Assembly: GCA_946965045.2 (NCBI GenBank)
Contig: OX337231.1
Span: forward strand, 434,001 to 498,000
Direction: 5' to 3'
From: Epithemia pelagica
Taxonomy: Eukaryota > Protista > Bacillariophyta
Length of the DNA: 64,000 nt
Shown here: in pieces, positions 33,388-44,278 of the stretch
How positions within the stretch are numbered: the first letter of the stretch is position 1
Layout of the letters: each line of letters opens with the position of its first letter
Translations under genes and position numbers: made by a program
Notes under the pieces: model-generated
What the model was told of the DNA's origin: nothing
The model's input: the letters and a program-made list of their open reading frames with translations, nothing else
Database searches by the model: none

Positions 33388-36300
33388 TCCAGTCAGGAGA
33401 TTTGATGTTGTCGATGCAACATTGCCGGACTGGTGCAACGGAGAGAAAGGCTCTGGAAATGCTCGGTTGAATAGCAATCTCCAATATCCAGAGATGTACG
33501 CAGCACACTTGTTTCCAGGGAATCATGGAACAGAAAACACTGTGGTTCATGTCTGGAGGTTCCAAAAACAGTCCTCACTTTGTGCAACAAGGACTGCCCG
33601 ATGACAAGAGAAACAGTTGCGTTGGCCGCCGCTCCACTGGTCTGTGTTGTGGCTTCGGCCGCTCGAAGATCCTACAGCGATCCTTCCATGCACAATACTC
33701 AAAGTCCACAATAGTTACAATCTTAAAATATCTCGTCTACCATTGGTTTGTGGTCCTTTTTCTACGGAACATCTTTTTTCCAGCCGTGTCAAAGTACCGA
33801 GGGAGCAAATCCTCAAGAGATTTCCTGTGTTCGAAAAAGTAAAGGCAATACACCGTTGTGCTTCTTGTTTCTGTACTACCACTGACATTCCTTGACACCT
33901 TCTCCATAGTTGCCATGCCAAAACTTGCCACTGCTTTCTACCGTCACGTGTTGATCCATGGCTTGGATAATTCCTTGGACACTGACATCGACGGAACGTT
34001 GACCGGGCAAAGGTTGTTCGTTGGGCGCAAAGTCGGTAAAGACCGATCCGGGATGGACCAAGCCCACGGCAACCTTGGCCGGTGTATCCTTGTCCTTGCC
34101 CAAGGCTTTGGGCAAATCGTGACTCATCGACTTGCCAATCATGTTGACGGATGCCTTGGCGGCACGGTAGGCATAAATCCCACCCGATGTATTGTCCGAG
34201 AGGGACCCCATGAGAGAAGTAATCACCACCACCTTGACGGTCGTTTCACTATCGTTGTTGACGGCCGCTTGAAGATTGGGCTGTAAGGCCTTGGTCAGAA
34301 ACAACGGCGGCATAGAATTGAGTTGAAAGGCATACATCATGCGATACGGTGTAATATCGGCCAAGGTTTGAGATCCAACAAATTCGGGAATGGTGGTAAA
34401 GTCTTCGGGAGTTCCATAACCACCGGTATTGTGAATCAACAAATGGACAGGCGTGGGAGCAGCACTGGTCGTTTGCAAGGCCGTAGTCACAGCTGCTCCA
34501 CCATCAAAGGCGTCTTCTTTGAGCAAATTTGACAATGGTCAAGGTCTTGTCGGCATGACTCCTATATGTCAAGAATACTACACTGTCCCGAAGCCTCCAT
34601 CGGGCGAGCACTCCACAGCGATCTTCCTTTCGATGCATCGTCTTCTAAGTATTATGTGATGTGTTGAAAGGCTTCCTTTTTTCATAAAATACAGGGTGAC
34701 AAACAAACAAGTCGGGTTTCACATCTCGCCGACGATTGCTAATCGTGTCATCTCCAACACTGGGCACAATTGAAGAAAGAAGACCGTTCATTTTGCCCCA
34801 AGGGAGATCATTTGTCCTTGCCGATACAGCTCGAACTGAGCCGTAGGTGAGAGTTGACTGTAACTGAAATTGCTAACAATCAACACGCCACTCTCCCAAA
34901 GTGCAGTGGTTCTCAAAAAGGAATTTTCAATCACTCCTACTGACAATGACGTGGTCTTTCGACGGGGTCAACCCTAAAGGATTCATCCAGGCAATCAGAC
35001 TTTCCGAGCCTGTGTTCGTCGCAGCATGATTTCTATAAGTGGCTATTCAGCTTGGTATCACTATTTCCCTCATCATACAGATTCGTCATCAGTTTCAATG
35101 AGAAAAACATTACAGGAGCCCTCTTTCCTTGCACAACTTGGAAACGATTTCAAAGGATACTGAGTATGAACTGTCGTCATTCTCATGCGCCGCGTACATA
35201 TCGGCAATAAAAGCCCATCGGGGTCCATCGTCCAGGGGACCCACAAAGGAAAGCGCCAAGGTAATTTTGTCTTGGACAAGAGCCTCTGTTTGTCCATTGT
35301 GGGGAGCAGCATCGAGCAAGTCTACCCACAGAATCTCACCCTCTGTTGTCTCGATTGCATTTGGGTATCTTGCGTCTCCATGGAACCATCCACTGTCGTG
35401 CAACGCTTTCAGAGCGCGAAACAGCCGACAACAGGTAGCGTTTGTCTTGAGCAATGCTTTCCCAACAGGAGACATTGTATACGCGCTTAGAGGCCTTTCT
35501 GCTTTAGAGAGAACTTGCACAACTGGAGCATCATTAGCCTTGGCTGCAAGGAGCGTCCCATACTCCCTGCAGAAGGTTGATTTGTCTGAACGAGCAACTT
35601 TTAAGGCGATCACCTCGTCATTCATATTCTTGACGCGAAACACGTCGCCGTAGGATCCGCTCCCCAAATACGCTGAGCCACCCCCTTCAGGACTGCTACC
35701 GTCCCGTAGTTGTAGATGTGTCAAGGCTTTTTGGACTTGACGAATTTGTCGAGTCATGTGCTTTGTCATGTAAAATTTTAGAATGGTTTTTGACTCCGGA
35801 GCGTCCCATGGTACAAGCTTGTAGAGCGTACGGATGACACCTTCCATGCAGTCGCCAGCCACAAACCCATTCATGTCGTACAGAATAATACTCAAGTTGC
35901 GTCTCTTGACTCCCCAACATCGGACATAATCGACCATTTCCCCAAGAGCGCCATGAAGATTTCCCAAGCTAACTTTACCTTCCACAAAGATGTGATATAG
36001 TGTTCCGAATCATGCTTCATGTCCAAGCCACCAAATATCAGGTCTGATATGTTCAGTTTTGCTCGAAACGCAATAATGTCGGCACCTCCAAACGATGCCG
36101 CACGATTTATCCGTAGTGGATGGGCCGTGAACAAGTCAGGTTTCCTCCTATTCTTCAGGGCTTCGTTTGGATTGGCTGGCAGCCAATGGATTGATTCGGA
36201 GTTGCTCAAAACGAGTCCAGAGTTCGTTTCCTCCAATGCTGCAGCAATTCTCGGAGACAACAAAGCTGTCAAAGCCGCTTCTTTTAGTGTAGACGGCTGC

Positions 36301-36700
36301 ACACTGGTAACGGTTTCCTTCAGTTGATCCAATTCTGTGCTTGACAGAATTGACGGCCCAGCGGAGTCCGGCCCGGAAGGGTATGGAGGGGAATTGCTGT
36401 AAAAGCCCGACAATTGCAATGCCTCGAGAAGACGTTGGCCTCTGGTGGCGGCTGACTCCGTTGGTTCGACAACGCTTTGTCGTTGTACCATTAGCGTCAA
36501 CTGTTCCACCTTGGCCAAAATTTCATTGTTCGTACTTTCGTTGGGTTGACGAGGCGGTCGACTCCCTTGTTGCGTTTCTTCAGGGAATTGCCAATGAAAA
36601 GAAAAATAAGAGTCGGAAATACCGTGAAGTGTACATGAGTGAAGGACGAATTGAGTAATCAAATCGAAAACACTTCTCACCATTTTCTTGCTGCACACTT
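33270..36700. repeat. Segmental duplication, copy 1 (Sep15-like 3' end, SDR fragment, CRN kinase module); copy 2 is about 50190-51064 plus 57404-59910, split by copia 2
   Basis: Colinear, near-identical blocks, e.g. cccacccgatgtattgtccg at about 34185 versus 51055/57404. Confidence 0.9.
33876..34535 (-). pseudogene. Short-chain dehydrogenase/reductase (CsgA/C-factor-like), N-terminal Rossmann GxxxGxG not found
   Basis: LLIHNTG, AFQLNS..PL.LTKAL, VVITSLMGSLSDNTSGGIYAYRAAKASVNM (YxxxK), LVHPGSVFTD; in-frame stop just upstream of the TTG start. Confidence 0.75.
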
Positions 36701-37340
36701 GGTGGGATGGGTGACGCTACTGATGCATTTGGAACTGGAAGAGGAGGAGGTGGCTTTACGTTTATCGAGTGAGAAATGAATAGAGAGTAGGGGAAAGATA
36801 CAGGTAAATTAAAAAAGATGATGTGAGGGCTTCAGTTTGTTCACTCATTTATGCTGTCATGTGCAATTGATTCTTGTTGCTGCGGCAGTCTAGCTCAATA
36901 CCAGCTGGCCCAGATAATAGATGAAATTGACACAAAGACTGGAATCAAAAATTGAATACAGGTACATAACTTACCTGCTGCTGCTGCTGATGTTGTGGTT
37001 TCGGAGCAACAACAATAAAAGTGTTGTCCTCTCGTAGATGCAATGATCTCATTTTGGTCTTTGGACTAAGCTTCGTGCAATTGCGATTTAAGGAAACGAC
37101 TGCATGATTGCCTTCCGACAGTATGCCTTCGTTGTTGAGACGGTAGACATTTACCGTGGAATAGAAAACTGGTTTCTCATCTGGATAGACCGTTTCTATC
37201 AATTCAAAGACATCGACTGGCAAGACTTTAATGCGAAAAAGATTGTTCTGAATTTCAACAAGGTCGTTCTGATCTTCACCATAAGCAAGCTGAACCCAAA
37301 CATACTTCTTTGCATCTTCTGCTTTTCTTGTAATAGACAT
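35110..37340 (-). pseudogene. Crinkler (CRN)-like gene copy 1: N-terminal domain type A, Pro-rich exon, REase-like plus kinase module; 1-nt deletion frameshift near 35978
   Basis: Exon 1 VWVQL...FIVVAPKPQ with a GTAAGT donor; exon PPPLPVPNAS...QQEN; kinase LGSGSYGDVF, IALKV, HGDARYPN. Reads tggaaggtaaag versus tggaagggtaaag in the other copies. Confidence 0.75.
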
Positions 37341-37689
37341 TGTGGATCTCTTTGATCACAGATGACACTGAAATAATGCAGTAATGTCGGTTCAATCGGT
37401 CTTTGTCCAATTGCCTGCTGTCGCCCTTTGCTGTTGTACAATAGCAAGTGGACCACCCCCTCAGCGGGGGGGGTCGAGATCATAGTTTCTGTGAACCACC
37501 CCCAACACCACCCCCAGCGGGGGTGGTTTCGAGGTTCTAGTTTCTGTGAACCACCCCGATAGGCTCTCTAGTCGGCCGGCATATTGTGTATCTAATAAAA
37601 GGTATCACACACAAATCGACTTTTCTATCCGATCCACCAAGAATGATTTTTACTTTTTACTATGTATGAGCTGGAGAGGCGCTAGAGTG

Positions 37690-38160
37690 TTAGGCCGTCA
37701 CGGTTGGCGGTTTCCGAACCGACGATTCGTGGTGATGGACGTGTCCTTTTATGGCAGCTTCGGATTCTTTGGAAAAGCCATGGTCTCGCCCGACGAGGTC
37801 ACCCTCCTTGGGCTCTCCCTGAACCACACGACCCTTTTCTTGCCAAAGTTTCAAGGCTTCTTCCCATGTCGGGATCGAGTCACTTTCATACCCATATACT
37901 TTTCCATATTTTCCCACAGTTCGAGAAATTTTCATGGCCTTGAGGTGTTCTCCTTGTCGCAAGTATTCCAACATGGCTTGACGGTTTTCCCAGACGGTCA
38001 ACGTATGATGAATGGTCCCCACATCCTTGGCAGAGGTCCAAATATTTCCCGGCGACGATTGTGCTTGATGAAAGGATGGCACCGCATACATCATGAACTG
38101 CGGCTATCGAAGCCAACTCTTGAGTTCCAACCCGGTGACACTGACCCAAACCTTTGGCAT
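37690..38160 (-). pseudogene. DUF3291/ABM-monooxygenase-like (bacterial-type) gene with an in-frame TAG at 38104-38106
   Basis: MPKVWVSVTGLELKSWLR*PQFMMYAVPSFHQAQSSPGNI...HHTLTVWENRQAMLEYLRQGEHLKAMK; the two ORFs share a frame. Confidence 0.55.
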
Positions 38161-38453
38161 GGTGGTACTTGTTTCTGGATGATTGGTACTTTTTGTGGTG
38201 GTTGTACGGTTGGTACTGCGAATGGCACGGCACGTGTGTGGTGCAACACAAATTCCCAGGAGGACAAGCACCACCAAAAGACTGTCTTTTTGTTGTAGGA
38301 TGCTGTGGATTGAGAGCATTTCGATCTCGTGATAGTTTTTGTTATGAGCACACGTTATCCATCCCTGCAACGTCGTCCACCTTGGTCAATAGGAGTTCCT
38401 GCTCCTTCGATGCGTCCCAACGTTGAATTCAGCGTTGTTCCCTCCGCCCACGG

Positions 38454-39952
38454 CGAAGAGACACTACGACAAACATCCTTGGCACGTGCCGTTTCGGTCT
38501 GTCCGAGAGATCGCAGTCGGTTCTGTCACCGAAAACTTGGTCCGTTGAGATTTGTAAACAAGATTCTAAATCTAAACGATAGACACATAGTTTTGCCGAA
38601 GGCCTCTGAAACCAAAAATGGCTCCAGGGCGGGAAAGGGGAAATTTTAAGATTAGCTAACTAGAATCGTTGCGATCTCGAACTCGTCTCGTAGTCGTTGC
38701 AAAGATGCTGAACCCAAGAAGAGTGAGCTCTTCTCACGCTCCAACGACTCTGCATCAGGGTCATCCTAAAACTTCCGATTGTGGGAATCAAATCGGATGC
38801 TCGCCTCGCGTCGAGGAGGCGGAGCAGTCGCACCTCTGTTGTCGGTCGCGGAGTCTGGCCAGCATCGGCCACGTCACTCCACCCAGTACAGACAACGAAG
38901 AGACACTACGACAAACATCCTTGGCACGTGCCGTTTCGGTCTGTCCGAGAGATCGCAGTCGGTTCTGTCACCGAAAACTTGGTCCGTTGAGATTTGTAAA
39001 CAAGATTCTAAATCTAAACGATAGACACATAGTTTTGCCGAAGGCCTCTGAAACCAAAAATGGCTCCAGGGCGGGAAAGGGGAAATTTTAAGATTAGCTA
39101 ACTAGAATCGTTGCGATCTCGAACTCGTCTCGTAGTCGTTGCAAAGATGCTGAACCCAAGAAGAGTGAGCTCTTCTCACGCTCCAACGACTCTGCATCAG
39201 GGTCATCCTAAAACTTCCGATTGTGGGAATCAAATCGGATGCTCGCCTCGCGTCGAGGAGGCGGAGCAGTCGCACCTCTGTTGTCGGTCGCGGAGTCTGG
39301 CCAGCATCGGCCACGTCACTCCACCCAGTACAGACAACGAAGAGACACTACGACAAACATCCTTGGCACGTGCCGTTTCGGTCTGTCCGAGAGATCGCAG
39401 TCGGTTCTGTCACCGAAAACTTGGTCCGTTGAGATTTGTAAACAAGATTCTAAATCTAAACGATAGACACATAGTTTTGCCGAAGGCCTCTGAAACCAAA
39501 AATGGCTCCAGGGCGGGAAAGGGGAAATTTTAAGATTAGCTAACTAGAATCGTTGCGATCTCGAACTCGGCTCGTAGTCGTTGCAAAGATGCTGAACCCA
39601 AGAAGAGTGAGCTCTTCTCACGCTCCAACGACTCTGCATCAGGGTCATCCTAAAACTTCCGATTGTGGGAATCAAATCGGATGCTCGCCTCGCGTCGAGG
39701 AGGCGGAGCAGTCGCACCTCTGTTGTCGGTCGCGGAGTCTGGCCAGCATCGGCCACGTCACTCCACCCAGTACAGACAACGAAGAGACACTACGACAAAC
39801 ATCCTTGGCACGTGCCGTTTCGGTCTGTCCGAGAGATCGCAGTCGGTTCTGTCACCGAAAACTTGGTCCGTTGAGATTTGTAAACAAGATTCTAAATCTA
39901 AACGATAGACACATAGTTTTGCCGAAGGCCTCTGAAACCAAAAATGGCTCCA
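38454..39952 (-). repeat. 3' split-direct-repeat array B-[A-spacer-B]x3, period 442 bp (A 248 bp, spacer 21 bp, B 173 bp)
   Basis: Identical ORF calls repeat at 38660, 39102 and 39544; one SNP seen in the third A copy (gaactcggctc). Confidence 0.95.
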
Positions 39953-39996
39953 CTACCATCAAACCCGATATTACAATCCAACGATGTCCAGCTGGG

Positions 39997-41361
39997 CTAG
40001 AAGTCGAGATGGAGAGTGTTGGGGAAGTGATGTTGGGGATCTTGGCCATTGAAGGTGTTAAAGAGGTTTTCATCCGGTGATTCGAGACCAGTTTCGCTGT
40101 TGGTTTGAAGCGCTGGATCAAGAAGGTTGTCGAGTCGATTCCGCAGGTTTTCCAAGGAGGCGACGCGGGAAGCTGCTGTGGAGTTATCGACATGGCGAAA
40201 GTCCGTTGTTGTAAGCATGAGTTGAGCCATGCCGGTTGTCCATTCGAGTACTTGGGGTCGAATGTATCTCATAAATGCTGTCGAACTCCATCGCCCCAAG
40301 ATCATAATCTTGGTGACAGAACAATCAGCCAGGAAGAGAGCCATGGCTGCTCCTGATCGAAGGGAATGCGTCCCGATGTCCATTGGGTGGTAGCCGAAGG
40401 CGTTGAATCCGCCGCCCAATACACAGGTTTCTCGTAACAGGTTGCGAGTGTCTTCCTGTCGGACGAAACGGGGAGGAAGAGATGGGTTGGTTGGGTCATA
40501 CCAGCAATTTACAGTGGTGGTTGGAGGGGCTTTTGGACGGTAGTGCAGGATTCTGCAAATGACTCGGCCCCAGAGGAGGACAGGGTCGAGTACGGGATCG
40601 CTGGTCCGGCTTTGAGTCCGTGTTTCTGCTTTGTGGTTGTTCTTTTGGTCGCGAAAGGTGATGGATACATACTTCGCGAGATGGTGAAAGTTGGGGTGAT
40701 TTGCGGCGATTGTTTCGTGTTTCTTTGCCGTGTAGAAGACTACATCTCCGATTGTAAGGAGCTTTGTTTTTCCTCGGTGGGGTACGGTTGTGAGTTCACA
40801 ACTGCGACAGCCGAAGAAGAACCCACAGCCGGCAAGGTCGGCGACGACGGCCTTGAATGTGGAGAAGTCGTAGACTCTTGGTGGGTTGGTGAGTTTGTTT
40901 GGTCGACAGCAATGGAACCAGAGAAAGCGGAGGTGCTTTGCGGTGACTGCTTTTTCTCGTTTTTCGGGGGGATCCAGATTTGACCACGCGCGTTTGAGGG
41001 AAGTGACGAGGGGGTGGAGGTGATGGCTGTCTTGACTGTGGCAGGGGCTCGGCCGGTCGTGATGCCGGAAGCACGATGCCAAGTCTCCAATGGCTTGGCC
41101 AAGAGTGCTTGCTCGAAGAGGGTTCGAGCGGTCGCGATTGGGGGTGAATTCGGCATCGCGGAGGGATTACAAGAAGGAGCATGCAATGCTGGCTCTGTGG
41201 TTGGTTGCTCGGATGGATTCAAGGAGCGGGTCGTGACCGAATCCGATCTTGTCAAGATGTTCTGTCCATCGCTCCCAGCATTTGTCGCGCTTTTGGTGCG
41301 ACCCTTCGGTTTTGCCGAAGAAGATTCGGGACACGCTGGCACGATCGAGGAGATCCAACAT
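39997..41361 (-). pseudogene. Ngaro ORF3 tyrosine recombinase, premature TAA at 41167-41169
   Basis: GCRSCE, HSLRSGAAMALF, GRWSSTAFMRY (R-H-R-Y catalytic set). ORFs 41167..41361 and 39997..41082 share a frame. Confidence 0.88.
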
Positions 41362-44278
41362 AGTATTTCGTTGGGCAAGGGACTGATGTGAAAATTCTCT
41401 GGAATCTGCGACATAAAATTTTCATGAAGAAAAAGGGTAAGATCATTATCGTTAAGAGACCAGTATCTTGACAGGATGTCTGACACCACGTCGTTCTTGC
41501 TCCCAGGGATGTGTTCCGCTTGAAGAGCAAACTTGTGGTGGAGAATCAAGTCGGTCAGTTTCTTCGAGACTTGGACGTGTAGTGGCTTATCGGAGCCGAA
41601 GGACGATTTGTACATCCAGCCGACGGCGGATGAGTTGTCGGAGAGACTCAGTACGGCCGAGTTTTCATCGATGTCATCGTACCAACAATCAACCCACATC
41701 GACACAACAATTGCGATGTACTCAAAAAGGTTATTGGTGCGTGTGTTGGTGGATGATGGGTCGAGTTGGGCAAGAGCTTCGAGTCTTGATTGGTCGATTT
41801 GGAATCGCCATGCTCTGCCGGATCGAACAGAGTAACCACCCATTCCTTCAGGGCATGAGTCTGCATGGAAGAGATGCGTGGGTACGCGACAAACTAGTCG
41901 GTTAAGTGAGATGCCGTAGTGGGAGTGTTGAAGGAGGGATGGCCACACTTGGAGGTCGTTGGCGATGGACTCAGGGATAGAGTACCGATAGAATGAAGGT
42001 GGTACATCTCTGTTCTGTTTTGGTCGTTTTGGATCCTTGTTGGTGTCGGGTGGTTTCGATTGCTGTTTTCGCCGAAACGCTCGTTCGATGAATGTTTGGT
42101 ATTCGCGTAGACGTGACAACCAGAAGGACGCGTGTGGAATGATTTTCCGATGAGACTGCGAAAGTTGTGGAAGGTTGTCTGTCGACTGGATAACATTTGA
42201 GTCACTTCGCGTGTCCAACCAATCAACTTGTCTTTTGGAAGGCGAAGGAGAAGTCGCCTTGTGTCAACAATCCACCCGAGAACTCGTTGCTCTTCGGCAG
42301 GAGCGCCTTCGGCTGCGAGTTTGTCCGCTTCTAACATGTCTTTTCTGGGGATCGGTTCGTTGTCGGCTACGGGCCTTGTCATGAGATGAACAACGAGTGG
42401 AACAATACTGGGACATCGGGCGAGATGTGGGTTGGTGGCGAGGAAGACTTGAATCATGTCATCCAGGTATGAATCATGAAATCCATGAGGACGAGTCGGG
42501 ACAGAAACAGCCAATTCGCATGCTGGAGCTACGGGGATTTCTTCTGGTAGGTACTTGGGTCCTCCAATGCCTTCTTGGAGTGGTGATTGGCAATCGGTTG
42601 GTTGCCAATCGTCGAAGTCGGCGAGATCGTTGCAGAGGTCGGTTCCAATTTCGGAGACGATGGAAAATTCAGCTGGATTGGCTGAAGCTCCGAAAGTCAG
42701 GCGAAGGTTAAGGTGGGCAAAGGAATTGGAGGGATCAATGGTTATGTTCCTTGCTGCAACGTTGCCGTCTCCGTGAACGAGACGATAAGCAGAGGACCAA
42801 TCGAATTTGCTGATGATGATGCGATCATTTGGGAAGTGCCAGCGCAATGCGACAATTTGATGGATGACTCGATCTAAACAGTGGCCCATCACCAGGTCAA
42901 TCAATTTGTTTTGATCGATCAAGTCGTTTGTCGAGGGGCAGAATCCAAGGGAAAATGATTGATCGTGGGTCAGACGGTCTTTGGGAACAAGATCGCCATT
43001 GGCATCGATGCCCATTTGGTGGGCTACTCCCATTGGACTGATCCGGCTATGTTTGATCTCGGTTGCGCAGAGAAACGTGATGGGGAGGGAAAAACCCTTG
43101 GACGCGTCTTTTCGAAGGACTTTGGAAAGAGCGTCAGGGTTTTTCTTGCCAGAGGCATGGTTGCCGTATTCGAGGATTGCCTCGTTCTCAGCGCGTCGGG
43201 CTGGCTCTTCTTCCTCAGCTGTGAGAGGGTATGAGACACCTTGCGTGATGTTGTGGTGGAACCGTGACCAGTATGGGTGGCCGGCTAGGAGCGGTTCCAA
43301 GATTTCCGCTGTGCGGAATTCGGATCCTGGGGTGATGACGGAACCGGGGTGGCTGTCAATCAGTCGTTGCAGATCAAAGTCGAATCTTTCAATCAGCTGT
43401 GAGTTGAAAGTCGCATTTGATAGGACAACGTCATCGTCAATGGAGTGACGAAAGGGGGAGGGCTTGGGTGTTGGCGGTTTGTGATTGGCAATCTTGAGGA
43501 TGGTGGAAAGGTCCAAAGGGTGGCACACATCTTGGAGTGGGGGAGGAGCGAGTCTTGATGGGAAAATCATGGAGATCTTGTTGGGGAGATAGCAGTGCTG
43601 GGAACTTGGGGGAACGGATTCCGTGTCGACATCATATATAGACTCACCTAGTAATTTTAAATCCGCTTGTCGTGCTTGTTCCAATCTTTTGACGTTCCGC
43701 GCTAGGGGCTTACCCGAGAAATCGGATCCAATTATCTCTGAAGAGCTGCCTGGGAGGGTCTTCTCGATTTGTGAGGATAGATTTTCGGAATGAGAACTTG
43801 GGGGACTTGGGGGTCTTGTAGAGTTGCCAACGGTAAGAGATTCTCTTGGGAGATCCTTAGAAGTTGGTCGGGGGTGACTGGTGGCAGTCGTGGGAGTAGA
43901 GGACGGTGTATCAACGGATGACGAGATCTTGGGAATGGAATCAGACGTGATGACACATTGATTCTGAACGGATGAGATCAAGTCGGAGAGTTCTCGTTGA
44001 CGGGTCTCGGGGTGTCTTGAATAATCTTGAGTGATATGATGCACCAGAAAAGGGTTCGCAGTGCGTGGGATCTTAGGTTTGTGGTCAGATGATGGTATCG
44101 CCAAAGGTGGGAGAAAGGATGGGATGATGTTGGGTGAGGGTGGTGGGGATGGAGCAAGAGGCTTCGAAGGAAAAGAAGACTCCGCAACTTTAGTATTATT
44201 ATTAAGGGTGGGTTGAGAGTCGTCTCGCAACAAAGGAGAAGGAGTTGAGGATGAGGCAGCAATCAACCCGTCCTGGCG
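40740..44278 (-). CDS. Ngaro ORF2 reverse transcriptase plus RNase H, frameshifted near 42150
   Basis: KDRLTHDQSF, SKFDWSSAYR, RLTFGASANP, SYLDDM, RVLGWIVDT; then HADSCPEGMGG, NNLFEYIAI, SDNSSAVGW, HIPGSKNDVVSDILSR in the adjacent frame. Confidence 0.9.

Noticed and set aside
38660-39756. Repeated 70-140 aa ORFs in the 442-bp units as genes
   Set aside because: No recognisable domains; by-products of the terminal repeats.
38454-39952. Regular repeat array as CRISPR or satellite
   Set aside because: The units are 442 bp, have no unique spacers and match the 5' terminal repeat of the YR retrotransposon.
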